64,000 nt of DNA from Octopus sinensis. Its lineage: Eukaryota. Location: positions 35,960,001 through 36,024,000 of the forward strand of contig NC_043009.1 in NCBI RefSeq assembly GCF_006345805.1. The letters are read 5' to 3'. The translations under genes were made by a program, and so were the position numbers. This document shows positions 1 through 13,645 of this stretch, piece by piece; position 1 is the first letter of the stretch, and each line of letters starts with the position of its first letter. The notes under the pieces were generated by a model, which was not told the origin of the DNA, did no database searches, and was given only the letters and a program-made list of their open reading frames with translations.

Positions 1-145
1 ACGCACAGATACACACACAAAAACACGCGCTTAACACACAAAAACACACGCTTATATGTATATGTGTGTTATTATACTTGTATACATTTGTGCATTTGTA
101 TGCATATGAATGCATATTTATGCTAGTGCGTGATTTTATCATATG

Positions 146-393
146 TATAAGGTGTTCAAAAAGACTCTTCGCAGTAAGTATTTTATTACAAAATAAATAT
201 TTATAAGATGGTATAAGACTACAAGACTACAAAAAAATATATTAGACTTTACAAGACTTTACAAAACTTTATAAGAGGTATTGAAATTGTCATCCGTCAT
301 TTTCAATACATAAGTTAACTATTCTACACATGTTTTGAAATACATCTTGGATGAAAAAAATTCACTGGGGAATGGCTTTTTGAACACCCTATA
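146..393. mobile_element. MITE, Tc1/mariner-type (~245 bp)
   Basis: TATAAGGTGTTCAAAAAG (146-163) is the reverse complement of CTTTTTGAACACCCTATA (376-393) at 17/18 positions; TA-flanked, non-coding AT-rich interior. Confidence 0.7.
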
Positions 394-774
394 TATAGAG
401 AGATTCTGAAAGATTGCTTTGAGATACACGGCGTATTATATAAATATGCCTGTTCAAGTATCATAAGAGTATGAAACTATTATTAACTCTTTCGGTTGTG
501 TATTTAATTTGATTTGTGTGTGTGTGTGTGTGTGTGTGTGTTTGGGTGTTTGTGCGTATGTATTCATCTTTATGCATGTCAAGATAAGCTTGGCACCTGT
601 TATCTACCCCTCTTATACTCCTAAACTCCTCTACATTATAACACATATCCAAGCTTTAAATCACTCTATCTACCTCTACTACACACACTTCAATCTTATT
701 TGTTTTCAGTATTAAATCCATCCCTACTCTACACACATCTCATCCTCAATTCAAAGAATGTCTTTTATCATTAA

Positions 775-985
775 GGCGGAGAGCTGGCAGAATCGTTACC
801 GCGACGGTGAAATATTTAGTGGCATTTCTCCTGTCTTTATGCTCTGAGTTCAAATTTAGCCGCGGTCAGTCATGCCTTTCCTTTTCGCAGTCGATAAAAT
901 AAGTACCAGTTGAACACTGAGGTTGATGTAATCGACTTGCCCCATCCTTCAAAGTTACTGGCCTTGTGCCAAAATTTGAAATCAA
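775..985 (+). mobile_element. tRNA-derived SINE, family A
   Basis: Head GGCGGAGAGCTGGCAGAATCGTTA, B-box-like GAGTTCAAAT, body GTCGATAAAATAAGTACCAGTTG...GTAATCGACT, tail GGCCTTGTGCCAAAATTTGAA; homologous to more than 10 other copies in the window. Confidence 0.85.
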
Positions 986-1254
986 TGTCCTCTATCACTA
1001 TTATTACTATAATCGTTCATACATTCATATATATGTGTGTGTGTATGTGCGTGCATGTGTGCACTAACACTTGCAGCTGAACTTTTATGAAACTTACGGT
1101 CAACGATTTGTTGTATGATGGTCTCCAACAAAAGATATTTATTCTTCCATTGGCGAATCGTTTTCTCAGCGTTTCTCTTTTGCTGACACCTCGTATAATT
1201 CTCTATCGCTTTCCTTCACTCCCTCACTCTTTCTCTCACGTGATATCCCCTTTA

Positions 1255-1258
1255 CATG

Positions 1259-1289
<31 letters not shown>

Positions 1290-1291
1290 GT

Positions 1292-1344
<53 letters not shown>

Positions 1345-1590
1345 ATGTTTATATATATATATATTTCTCGCTCTCTACTTCTCATTCTTTACTTTTTCTC
1401 TCTCTTTCCCTCTCTCTTGCCCTGTCTAATACTTTCATTGTCATAAACACACACGCGTACACACACAGACATATGTACATACACATACGCATGCATACAT
1501 ACATACATAATGCATACATACATATATACATGCATGCATGCATGCACAAAGATACACACATGCACACACAAACACACGCAAACATACTCT
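1255..1590. repeat. Compound microsatellites (CT)n, (TA)n, (CA)n/(TACA)n
   Basis: Directly visible simple repeats. Confidence 0.95.
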
Positions 1591-1867
1591 TTAATGTTAT
1601 CGTGGCATTTCTTCGTCTTCGAAAGTTTATTTCTTCAATATTCCCAACCGATAAAATATTGGTAATAAATAACTTTCTGAATATTCTAGAATTTGTCAGT
1701 CCATGCCTAGACTGACTCCATCATCTTCAAAGCTTCAATGATCAAAGACCATTCTGTTGTATCCTTTGTTATTCTCTCCAGATTCCACGTGAACAACTGC
1801 ACCACTACATAAAGAATTTTTAGATTTGTTTATATTGCTGTTTCGAATTCCTGTAAAAGTAATGCCA

Positions 1868-1975
1868 AAATGGCTGTCTGGTTAAGACGTTCGTTTTGCA
1901 AGTTCCGCGTTTCCAGGTTTGGTCTCACTGCTTGACACTTTGAAAGCGTAAATTTTACCATAGCCATGGCTCGAC
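1868..1975 (+). mobile_element. Degenerate 5' head of SINE family B
   Basis: TGGCTGTCTGGTTAAGACGTTCG...TCTCACTGCTTGACACTTTG...ACCATAGCC aligns loosely to the family B head. Confidence 0.4.
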
Positions 1976-2560
1976 TACAAGATTTGGTAGTGAAATTGAC
2001 TAGACAAACATTCTATGGAGACCTGTCGGATGAAGGTGACCGTTTTAAGGCACGTGGTAGGTCTTGTTGTCATATGTTGAGTCGGGGAGGAGGTATTAGA
2101 CCAAGTGGAAATCTTCGGAGTCCATTCGTTTGGATCAATTAGACAAGATTTCAAATCTAGGATATTTCTTCCCTGTCTACCCCCAAAGTCTAAAGCTCTG
2201 GAGAAGGCTATGAGCACTGTACTTCTTCCCATCCTCTACTAAACCCTGACAAAAATGCTCTGAGCGAAAACAGTCGACGGCTTGGTTTAGCTTCCTAGGA
2301 AAGCCTGAACATAGCTATCATTACTTCCGATCAGTGAACTTTTGTAGGCTATGACTGATCTTTACAAGGTATTTTTATTGCAATTTCTTATTAGTTTAAG
2401 GCCAACAGTGGATGCTACGAGTCAACGATTCCAGATTCATTTCCAGATTACAGACTTGTGACTTAATAGGTTTTACAGCCAGCAAACTGTACAAAACCTG
2501 ACAATTGCCATTCTCTAAAAAGGGTATTCGTTCATTGGTATTTCCTCTGATTATACTATA

Positions 2561-2974
2561 CTCTCTTTACTCTTTTACTTGTTTCAGTCATTTGACTGCG
2601 GCCATGCTGGAGCACCGCCTTTAATCGAGCAACTCGACCCCGGAACTTATTGTTTTGTAAGCCCAGTACTTATTCTATCGGTCTCTTTTGCCGAACCGCT
2701 AAGTGACGGGGACATAAACACACCAGCATCGGTTGTCAACCAATGCTAGAGGGACAAACACAGACACACAAACACACACACGTATACATACATACATATA
2801 TACATATATACGACGGGCTTCTTTCAGTTTCCGTCTACCAAATCCACTCACAAGGCTTTGGTCGGCCCGAGGCTATAGTAGAAGACACTTGCCCAAGGTG
2901 CCACGCAGTGGGACTGAACCCGGAACCATGTGGTTGGTAGACATGCTACTTACCACACAGCCGCACCTGCGCCT
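2561..2974 (-). mobile_element. tRNA/CORE-like SINE, family B, full length
   Basis: Minus strand: tRNA-like head (GCTGTGTGGTAAG...GGTTCAGTCCC), CORE-like CACCTTGGGCAAGTGTCTTCT, internal TA/CA microsatellite, tail GGCGGTGCTCCAGCATGGCCGCAGTCAAATGACTGAAACAAGTAAAAGAG. Confidence 0.9.
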
Positions 2975-3384
2975 ATGTAACAATTGTTTTCTTTTTTTTT
3001 TTGTCTTTGGTCAGTAGGTGTTATTTCCTATTTGCTTGTATGTGAGTATGTACACATATAGTTATCTAGAAAGATAAAAGTTGTGTAAGTGTGACTGACA
3101 AGAAATACATTTGCGTATGCGTGTGTATGTGTTTAGTTGCCTGGGTGTGAATTTTACTTAACACTCTGAAGTCATTTTAAAGAAGTGTATATAGTCAGGG
3201 TTTGTGTAAATTAATCGAAATTGTGAATTTCTATAAAAGTTTATATTTTACTTATATTCTCGGGGAAAATAATCAATTAACTTTATTAATAGTACTTTCA
3301 CATCTTGTAACACACACACACACATCGTAAACATATATATGTGTGTGTATGTGTGTATGTTTATGTACATACATAAAATATACA

Positions 3385-3415
<31 letters not shown>

Positions 3416-3419
3416 TTAA

Positions 3420-3870
<451 letters not shown>

Positions 3871-4248
3871 CATGGATGCATAAATTTCTTCTATGAGTTA
3901 TTTCTTCATTGATTGTGTCTTGTATTTGCAGTTTATGTTGAAAAGCTACATGCACTTCCCAGCCCTTTTCGTTTCTTAATTTCCCAGTATCATTTATATA
4001 TATATGTATTGTTTTGATTGTTACTGTTATAGTCGGCTTTTGCACGATTTTCATGTCTACTTGTCTATATTCTGGCAGGTTTGTAGTGTTAACATCACTG
4101 TATTAAACGACTTTATTCGGAAGGGATCGAAATTATCATGACATCCTATCTATTTCTCGTGACTGGATTCAATTCGTTTACAATTGTTTGTTTCGTGTTT
4201 TCGGTTTTATCTGCATAGTTTTATTTCCTACCTTTCTGATACACTTAC

Positions 4249-4298
<50 letters not shown>

Positions 4299-4515
4299 AC
4301 GCACGCACACACGCACACACACATATATAGACACACGCGCGCGCATATATTTTCGTATGTATGTTTGTGTGTAGTGTAAGGCTACGCACTTTTTTCCCTA
4401 TCGAAATTACAAGGACGTTCAAAATTTTGAATATCTCTGTGTACCTCATGATTAGCCACCAGAGTTGTTATGAGTACAAATAAAAATACAAATTGAGGAA
4501 GTGGAATGGGTAAGA

Positions 4516-4607
4516 TCTAGGCTAGATATGTTTCTTAGCTAACTGATCCACTGATATAATAATTATTAAGCAAGGGGTACTCAACTTAGCTAATCATCAG
4601 GCTGAGA
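4516..4607 (-). ncRNA. Degenerate type-I hammerhead ribozyme (Penelope-type)
   Basis: Minus strand: TCTCAGC-CTGATGA-TTAGCTAA...TTAGCTAA-GAAAC-ATAT-CTA-GCCTAGA. 8-bp helix II, helix I 5/7 paired, helix III one change from the palindrome ACATATGT. Confidence 0.5.
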
Positions 4608-5039
4608 ATACCTTAATTACATGAAAGTTGCATTGTCGGTTGGAATTTCCCAAGTTTACTCACTACAGATGTGAGTTGAAATGCATGGTGAAGCCAGAAG
4701 ACCAGAATAAAAGCAGAAATGTTCGAAGGAATAAAATGGTCAAGAAGTAAGAAAAGTGAAGGGTGAAACAAAATATGTAGGAGAATAGGAGCCGTATACC
4801 GTTGTTAGGAGTGAAGGAAAAGAGAGGAAGATAGAGGGTGAGAAAGAAGTAAATAGTTGCTGTTGTTAAAGGGAAAGAATGGTTGTTATAAATAGTTATT
4901 TAGCTGAAATGGATAGACAGATATTAGCTGAGTCCAAGGAATTTATTTCTTAGCGGATAGCTGGCGCTGGCGCTGGCACTGTTAGTCATACGGTCACTTC
5001 GTTCGTTGATGCAGTCATTGCAGTGCATGATAGATAAGA

Positions 5040-5540
5040 TTTCTGCAATGCCGAGATTGCATTTGCTGTTATAACGGCTATACGGTTTACCATACGCATC
5101 AATTGACCATTTCATATTGTATAAAACTGAGTTATGTGTGAGAAAAATAGAAAGAATGGGAAAAATTAGTGTCTGTAACAATTCTAGATAATAAATATTA
5201 CTATGTAGAAGCTATGGAAAATGAAATAAAAAGACGCATATCTACGCACTTATACACTTTTAGAAACAAATATAAATCAAACTCAACTGGATTAAGCAAA
5301 TTCATCTGGAAGCTAAAGTATAAAAACATGAATTTTGATATTAAATGGGACATAATAGCTTCAGCACCTTCTATAAAGCTAATAATAAACAATGTTTCCT
5401 TTGTTTAAATGAAAAATCATTTATTCTTACGGCAAAATTCCCTCTACTTAACCTCAGAAATGAGAGAAATTCTCTTGTCTACACGTGGGAAAATATGTAT
5501 TTTCCAAATCTAAATAAATATATCGTAAATGTTTAATTTC
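5040..5540 (+). pseudogene. Penelope-like element GIY-YIG endonuclease remnant (frameshifted)
   Basis: YYYVEAMENEIKRRISTHLYTFRNKYKSNSTGLSKFIWKLK...IKWDIIASA, then in another frame CFLCLNEKSFIL...LLNLRNE: the characteristic PLE endonuclease C-terminus. Confidence 0.8.
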
Positions 5541-6600
5541 CTTTTTCACTACTATAGTTACACATTAACCCTTAATCCCATGCCACTACTTTTTATTTAC
5601 TATATTGTTAATAGATTATTCTACTTAGTAATAGGACCCACAGGGATTTTCTAATATTTATTCCATACTTTGAAATTTCAAATATAGATTTGTATTAATA
5701 TTTATATTCATTTTCATTTTATAATTTTGAAATGACACTTTTTAAATTTACTTTTTAATTTACTTGGATTAATACTTTAATACCTAGATTGATTCATTGT
5801 ATCTCTCTTTATATCTCTTCTATATATATTTTTCCTATTTTTTCTAATACATTTTTACACTTTTACATTACCATATTCGTTACTTAATTCCTTAATAGTA
5901 GTAATTATTATATTGCTAATCTATATTTCTCCTTTACGTATCATTAATATAATTAAAACCTGATTGTAAATTTCTTTCCCCCTGCTTTTGACTTAATATT
6001 AATATTGAGCCTTTTTTTCTCAACCCATTGTATATTTTTTATCTAATTTTTATTATCCAGCAATTTTACTTATTTATTTTATTTATACTTATTTATTTAG
6101 TTATTAAACTAATATGCATAGATATATTTATTTTCAAACCTTTACATTTTTAAAAAACATATTTTCATTTATATTGAACCCTTTTCTCCCATTATTGTAT
6201 ATTTCTAGCTAACACTAGTTATCTAGCCCTTTTATTTTATTTATTTTTATTTATTTATTAATTAAACTAATATACAGAGCCTTATTTACATTATTTAAAT
6301 TATTTACATTTGACGTAAATAATGTAAATAATGTACATAATTCCTCATCTCTTAATTTCTGTGACATAAGGGATTTTTCCTTACTCTTTTATTTATACAA
6401 ATAACATATTAACTCTGCTCTTATTTTGCTTCTTCTTTTATTTATCTATTATATTTTAAATTGCACACATGAGCATTTTATCCCTTAAATTGTTATATAA
6501 CAATGAAGCTTTTCCTTGCTTTTTCTTATAAATATAGAATATTACCTCTGTTTTCTATATTCTTTCTTTTTCATTCTTCTGTTTTTCTTTCTTCCTTTCT

Positions 6601-6928
6601 TTATTACTTCCACCTTAGCGAAGGTGGAGGTATTGTTTTCAGTCGTGATTGTTTGATGAAACTTTCAGCTGTGTTTGGCCTCGTGACTGGTGTAAACTGA
6701 TTAGATTTTGGGATCGATCCGACACCGAACAAAGATTATGGATTATTTTTTCCTGTTTTTTTTTTACTTAAATTTTGAGAGCGGTCGGGATCATTTTTAG
6801 TATTCTCGTTTGTGAGAGCAGTTGCGGTTATTTCAGATATTTTCATTTTAAAAATCATTTCTGGCTAATCGTTGAGTGGACGTTGGTATTGCCTTGACGG
6901 CGGTTTGCGTTCTCTGAGTGTTCTTGTT
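6601..6928 (+). mobile_element. Non-autonomous Helentron/DINE-1-like element (probable)
   Basis: 5' TTATTACTT-CCACCTT-AGCG-AAGGTGG-AGGTATTGTTTT (7-bp hairpin), internal GGATCGATCCG, 3' GCCTTGACGGCGGTTTGCGTTCTCTGAGTGTTCTTGTT; layout matches HINE/DINE-1-type elements; T-rich flanks. Confidence 0.5.
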
Positions 6929-7118
6929 TACATATTACATTACATTAAATTGAACGCTACTTATTTCAAAAACGACCAATAGACTCTCCTTTACTTATTT
7001 GATTAACACAAAATAGATTTTTGTTACTAGTTTCTTTACTATTGAAAACAAGTACGTATATTACATATATTTTTATTTATTTATTTATTTATTTATTTAT
7101 TCACTATCGTACTTGTAT

Positions 7119-7338
7119 ACTCTTTACTCTTTTACTCTTTTACTTGTTTCAGTCATTTAACTGCGGCCATGCTGGAGCACCGCCTTTAGTTGAGTAACTC
7201 GACCCCGGGTCTTATTCTTTTTGTAAGCCCAATACTTATTCTATCGGTCTCTTTTTGCCGAACCGCTAAGTGACGGGGACGTAAACACACCAGCATCGGT
7301 TGTCAAGCAATGCTAGGGGAACAAACACAGACACACAA

Positions 7339-7385
<47 letters not shown>

Positions 7386-7550
7386 TACGACAGGCTTCTT
7401 TCAGTTTCCGTCTACCAAATCCACTCACAAGGCATTGGTGGGCCCGGGGCTATAGCAGAAGATACTTGCCCAAGATGCCACGCAGTGGGACTGAACCCGG
7501 AACTGTGTGGTTGGTTAGCAAGCTACTTACCACACCGCCACTCCTGCACC
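7119..7550 (-). mobile_element. SINE family B, full length
   Basis: Colinear with 2561-2974, including the internal microsatellite and (GTAAAAGA)n tail. Confidence 0.9.
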
Positions 7551-7834
7551 TATATATATTTTCATTGAACCCTATTTGACCATAAGTAAACTTTTGAGTT
7601 TGAATCTAAGTAGTAACAAATGTTTGCACAAATACATATATACATATAAGTTCTTATATATATATGTATTAGGTTCTTGCATATGTATATATATTTATAT
7701 AATTATTTGCATGTAATTTCTTCACAGATACTTACATGCATATATTATGTAGGCATATGTGCAAGATTTGATTATTGCTGTGCCTATTTATTTTCTATAC
7801 TTTAGTATATATTTTTCTTTTCTTTTTTTCTTTT

Positions 7835-8066
7835 CTTTTACTTGTTTCAGTCATTTGACTGCGGCCATGCTGGAGCACCGCCTTTAGTCGAGCAAATCCA
7901 CCCCGGAACTTATTCTTTGTAAGCCCAGTACTTATTCTATCGGTCTCTTTTGCCGAACCGCTAAGTGACGGGTACGTAAACACACCAGCATCGGTTGTGA
8001 AGCAATGCTAGGGGGACAAACACAGACATACACACACACACACGCACACACACACACACACACACA

Positions 8067-8122
<56 letters not shown>

Positions 8123-8282
8123 GACAGGCTTCTTTCAGTTTCCGTCTACCAAATCCACTCACAAGGCATTGGTCGGCCCGGGGCTCTAGCAGAAGACACT
8201 TGCCCAAGATGCCACGCAGTGGGACTGAACCCGGAACCATGTGGTTGGTTAGCAAGCTACTTATCACGCAGCCACTCCTGCT
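7835..8282 (-). mobile_element. SINE family B, full length
   Basis: Colinear with the other B copies; longer internal CA/TA tract. Confidence 0.9.
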
Positions 8283-10630
8283 ATATATATAAACACATAT
8301 ATATATTAACTTTACATTTGTAAAGGAGAACCAATGTTTGCTTTAATTTCTTAAACTATTGAATAATAAACTCTTGTTGATTATACGATGTGCATTGATG
8401 CCTTTGCTGGTTTAAATTCACCTTACACTAGTTGACGTGGTATCGAAAAAACCGTGAACCGACAGTATATCCATTTCAACCAACTTAGACTGTAAGGTTC
8501 TGAAGTCGTGACAAGAGAAATAAATATTTATTTAACGTAGCTTACTATGATGGTACAGTTAATAACTTTTGATTATCAATTGTAACTGTTAATTGTCTAT
8601 TCTACATTTTCCCAATTTATCAATAGTGGTTCGGTTAACTATCAGCTGAAGCAGTTTGAAAAGTATTAACAGATTTGTTTATAAACAACTAAAATTCGTT
8701 GCCATGTAGCTTTTAATTCAAGTTCTACAAAGATACGAGAAAGATATTTCTGAAAGTCATTAAGGAATATTGTCTTCTGAATTATGTATACGAGGCGGAA
8801 AAAAATCAATCAAGTGACTCTATTTATTACGGTTTGTAAGATAACTATTGATAGATCGGTTACCTCATTGATTTACTGTATCGGTCACTCAAGCTTATCT
8901 AGAACATAAAGTTACGCTGAACTATCAAAACGCTATTCTGAAGAGAAATATACGCTAGAAACGATATTAATTATAACGTATCTTCTATCATTTTATATGA
9001 AATAATGCCAAGGCTACTTTATCTCCTTTAGACAGAATTCGAAGAATTTTATTGCCTAAATAAGAGAACTATTTCTATCTTTTACCTCAAGTAATACAGC
9101 ATAAAGATAAATCAGCATCATATATCCTTCCAGCGGCGATCAAACCTGCCCTCGTTTATCATATTTAACCATAAAAATATATCACACAATGCAAAGGAAG
9201 TGTTTGGCTTGTAAATATTGAAACTACAGGTTTCCATTATTTTAACTCTGATGCTATTTAAATTTTCCCATCTTGACACAAATCCATAATATTTCCAATC
9301 TTGAAATATCGATTAATACTAATATTGTCTCTCGTCTCATTTGTCATTTCACTAATCCGATCGGATTTTTATGGCAATGATATTGAATTCCTAATAAAAT
9401 ATATCATTATTCTCGTGTGAAGATATCAATTATAATACAATGAAAGCCAATGACTGACTTTCATTTATATTATTGTGTATTAACATCTGCACGCAACGTC
9501 CAAGAAAAGCATACAAAAAAATTGAGTTTTGACATGGTCATTTAACGTACAAGAAAAAGAAGCCACATATCCTTAATGTATGTACTCCCTGGATGATCAT
9601 GGATGAGTTGCTTGATCAGGACTGACCTGCAACCACAACAAGAGGACTGAGTTTACCTGGATTTTCTAAAATGTATTTCCATTATATTCGTTCTTTTTAA
9701 ACATCTTGACTTCAGATTCTAACTTGCGGTGAATCAGTTCTTCTAAACAATTCCCTAACACAAGTTGCCGTCGTCTTCGCTAAATTTCACAGTGCCTATA
9801 TTCACAAAATAGAAGGAAGTTTGTATTGCTTATGTCTTTTCCAAAGTCATTAACAACTATTGTGGAATAGTATAACTTTGGTTTGCTTCCAGATCCTGGA
9901 TTCGAGTATTCTTTAAAATTACGGTGCTCAGGAATTCCAATTCAAAATGTCCTGTTTACTGCTGTTTTTCAGATATTTTCTCAATCCTTATTCTTGATGA
10001 ATTTCCTCGTCAATATACTTTAGGTAATATTCCTGAGCTATGCTTTGGATCGAATGCCATGTCATTTACTTTAACTACAGCAACGGTCCAGTGTTCCAAG
10101 TAATTTTAAAACGGTCTTTTTCAAATATCGATATGTTTCAGTTAATATTTAATATTTAAACGTCTAAAAATAGCAACAGATTAGTGGTTAGAAATTCAGA
10201 GCCAACTGGTAAAATATTTGTTCCAAGTTCAATCCTCAAGTCAGTAATATCACTCGAAGATGGATGGGAGAATAGTAATCGAAATGTTATATCTTCAATA
10301 CATGCAACACAGGAAAATTTGCAAAATAAATGGTTTAAACTTAAATAATAAATAGAAATTTCGTTTGAAACAATCACCTAAGCTGTTTAACAACGTTAAA
10401 AGGATGTTTTCTACGATAGGTGTTATAGATTCGAACAAAAAGAAATGTACGAAGGGTTTCCTTTTTTATATCTTAATAATGTTGCATCTTGAAGACGGGC
10501 TTTGAAATAGTTTGTGTCCCTTGAAAAATATTCAGTTCGTGCGAGAGTTTTCTTGAATCCTTGCTTTCGTGATGTTTGATTAGTTTTATAAAGGGTTCTT
10601 GTAAGTATATGGTTATATTAAGGGAGTAAG

Positions 10631-10665
<35 letters not shown>

Positions 10666-10894
10666 CAACAAACCTGTTTTTCTCTTGGTAGGTAGATTCT
10701 ATCGACATCAGCAATTGGATTTGCCCTCTTGGTTCCTGCCCGTATTTTCCTTGTTTTAATATCCAGTTACTTATTTTACTCATCTCATTGTTCCAGTTTT
10801 TTTGCACTGATAATGTGTCACCAGACACAAAGCTAGCTTATTAATCGACGACGAATTTAATGACGAAAATCACGTTATTCAAGAAATATTACAA

Positions 10895-11246
10895 GCACAA
10901 CAAAACAAATGGAGTTATAACGTCGCCATCACTAGTGATTAGTCCAAACACCATGATGTTGACTGGATGTTTGATTTTTATCACTCTCGGTACATGTTCT
11001 CAGATTGCACTATCCGCAGATTGACACCAAAACAATCTGACTTGTTCGTATTGGAGCTTCTGGTGTGAATGACAACTAGTACAACATGTCGTTTCCAAAT
11101 TTCTAGCTGAGTGAATTGCAGTATGATGCTGATTTTCTCAGAGACGGTGCCCAACTGACGCTACTATACTGTATAATGGACAAAAGTCAAAAACAAACAA
11201 TGCGCGAAAAAGTATAAAATGGCGACAATTTACCCATTACAGCCTG
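10895..11246 (-). mobile_element. Internally deleted maT/DD37D-like Tc1-mariner fragment
   Basis: Minus-strand peptide VPRVIKIKHPVNIMVFGLITSDGDVITPF (about 10905-10995) matches the K-x-K-HP-xx-MVFG-xx-SDG motif; one TIR-like end TA|CAGGCTGTAATGGG at 11246. Confidence 0.5.
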
Positions 11247-11254
11247 TATATGTA

Positions 11255-11298
<44 letters not shown>

Positions 11299-11674
11299 TG
11301 CGTAAGATTTTATCACGGAGAGAAGTCCACCATGTAGATTTCTTACATACTAAAAAGGGCAGTCAAGACCCAAATCACGAAAAGAAAGGTTCCTCTTCCT
11401 CTTTTAAAGCACGTTGCTTGTAGGTGAGTAGGATATCTAAATGACTAAAAATCTCAGTTTACCTCATATCCATGAGTTTCACCATTAATGATCAATCAAC
11501 ATAGTCAACTCGTCTCCGTGTATAAAATCTTATACATTATTATATAGAAATATTTATGTCTTCTGACTTTTAGTTACGCATGCACACCACTGGTAAAAAT
11601 TATTATTATTCTTTTAATAATCTTTACCCTATATATCTCTTTATATATATATATATTCATATATGCATATATAT

Positions 11675-12350
11675 GAAAATCTTCTGCTGGGTAAGACAGC
11701 GGCCGAAACTGTTGTCATGTTCCAAAGAGCTGGCAAGGATGCTGCCATGAGCAAAACATCAGTTTACGAGTGGTTTTCACGCTTCAGGAATGGTCACTTG
11801 TCGCTTAAAGACTAACCTTGTTCAGGGCGACTGTCGACATCCGGAACGAATGAAAATAACATGAAAATTCATAAACTGATCAAGGAGAACCGTCACTGAA
11901 CAATTGCTGTGCGTGTTGATATAATTTGTGCGTCTTGGAGCTCCTGCCAAAGAATTTTGAGCGAGCAATTGCGAATGAAAAGAGTTGCAGCAAAATTTGT
12001 GCCTCGCTCGCTCACGGAAGATCAGAAACAGCGGCAACTGAATGCGTGTCGTGAACTGAGAGAACAGCCGGAAGTTGATCCACACAATTTTTCAAAGGTC
12101 ATCACTGGCAATGAAACCTGGTGCTACGGAATTTGCAGATGTGGAAGAGGTGCAGAAAGAAACGACGGAGGCGTTGAAAGGCATCACTTCCCAAGAATTG
12201 CAGCACAGCTTCGAATAGCGGAAACGCGCCAGGACCGATGTATTGCTTCAAATGGAGAATAGTTTGAAGGGAAGGCGATAAAAGTGAAAACATGTAAAAC
12301 TAGGTGAATAAAATAATATAGCAAAATTTCGTTTACTCTTGGGTATCTCC

Positions 12351-12353
<3 letters not shown>
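11675..12353 (+). mobile_element. Mariner (DD34D) remnant with internal deletion
   Basis: GKTAAETVVMF...VYEWFSRFRNG...SGRLSTS...MKRVAAKFVPRSLTEDQKQRQ...VITGNETWCYG joined directly to C-terminal [19 protein letters not shown]; ends CCCTG|TA at 12353. Confidence 0.85.
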
Positions 12354-12580
<227 letters not shown>

Positions 12581-13243
12581 AAATAATTCAGTTGAATTAG
12601 GTGCTTAAGTTGAAGCACGAAGTCTGTCCAGTATTGTCTGCACAGCTCGAAGTTAAGTGAATAAAATGCAAGTAAGTAACAAAGATGTTCAGTGCATTAT
12701 GGTCGTTTCAAACGGCTCCATTTAATCGATCAATGCAAACATTACATCAAGTTGAATTAAACCGCTCTCCTCGAACGCTTACGACAATACAGATTCCAGC
12801 ATACAGGATACTCCATTATAACATTTTCAGCAACTTCTTTTTGTCAGTACTAGAGAAATACATCGCTTCTTTTTGCTATTATTGTAGGAGAATGAAAATT
12901 AGGAAAAAATACCTAAAGCCTACTATAATTTAGAGTGACAGAAGGAAATAATGGGCGGTCAATAAAGAGGAATAGTGATACCAGTACATTCATTTCTATC
13001 CTTATCACGTTGAAGAGACCCAATACAGCAAGTAGTCTACATCCCCTTAGAATTAAAACCATTGGGAATTGACAGTTAAGGTCTTGTTGTTGGTGATTAA
13101 TTAATTAATGTCAGATACTCTTTATCTCTCTTCCTTATCCCTATTTCTCTATGGCCATAAATCATCCATACCGACATATCAGAATATGTCTCAGAAGATG
13201 CTAGTTGGATAATGATGTAAAGACGAGGGGACAACAAGAAATA

Positions 13244-13645
13244 GCGTGGCTGTGTGGTAAGAAGCTTGCTTCCCAACCACATGGTTCCGGGTGCAAGTCC
13301 CATTGCGTGACACATTGGGCAGGTGTCTTCTAGTATAGCCTCCGGCCGACCAAAGCCTTGTGAGTGGATTTGGTAGACGTAAACTGAAAGCCCATCGTAT
13401 ACGTGTGTGTGTACGTGAGCGTGCGTGTCTGTGTATGGAGCCCCCCCCCCAGCATCGCTTGATAACCGATGTTGGTGTGTTTATGTCCCCGTAACTTGGC
13501 GGTTCGGCAAAAGAGATCCAATAGCATAAGCACCAGTCTTACAAAGGATAAGTCCTGGAGTCGAGTTGTTCGATTAAAGGCGGTGCCCCAGTATGATCGC
13601 AGTCAAATGACAGAAACAAGTGAAAATAAATAAAAGAATAAAAGA
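13244..13645 (+). mobile_element. SINE family B, full length
   Basis: GCGTGGCTGTGTGGTAAGAAGCTTGC...GACATTGGGCAGGTGTCTTCT...GCAGTCAAATGACAGAAACAAG. Confidence 0.9.

Noticed and set aside
1975-2520. Coding-looking stretch (plus EEVLDQVEIFGV...; minus GKKYPRFEIL)
   Set aside because: Possibly an old retroelement, but no diagnostic motif on either strand; cannot be assigned.
9650-10400. Faint Gypsy-RT-like words on the minus strand (IELGTNILPV, AVVKVND, TGHFEL...LKN)
   Set aside because: Motifs are scattered over frames, no YxDD, and the similarity is within what I could over-read; needs a translated HMM search.
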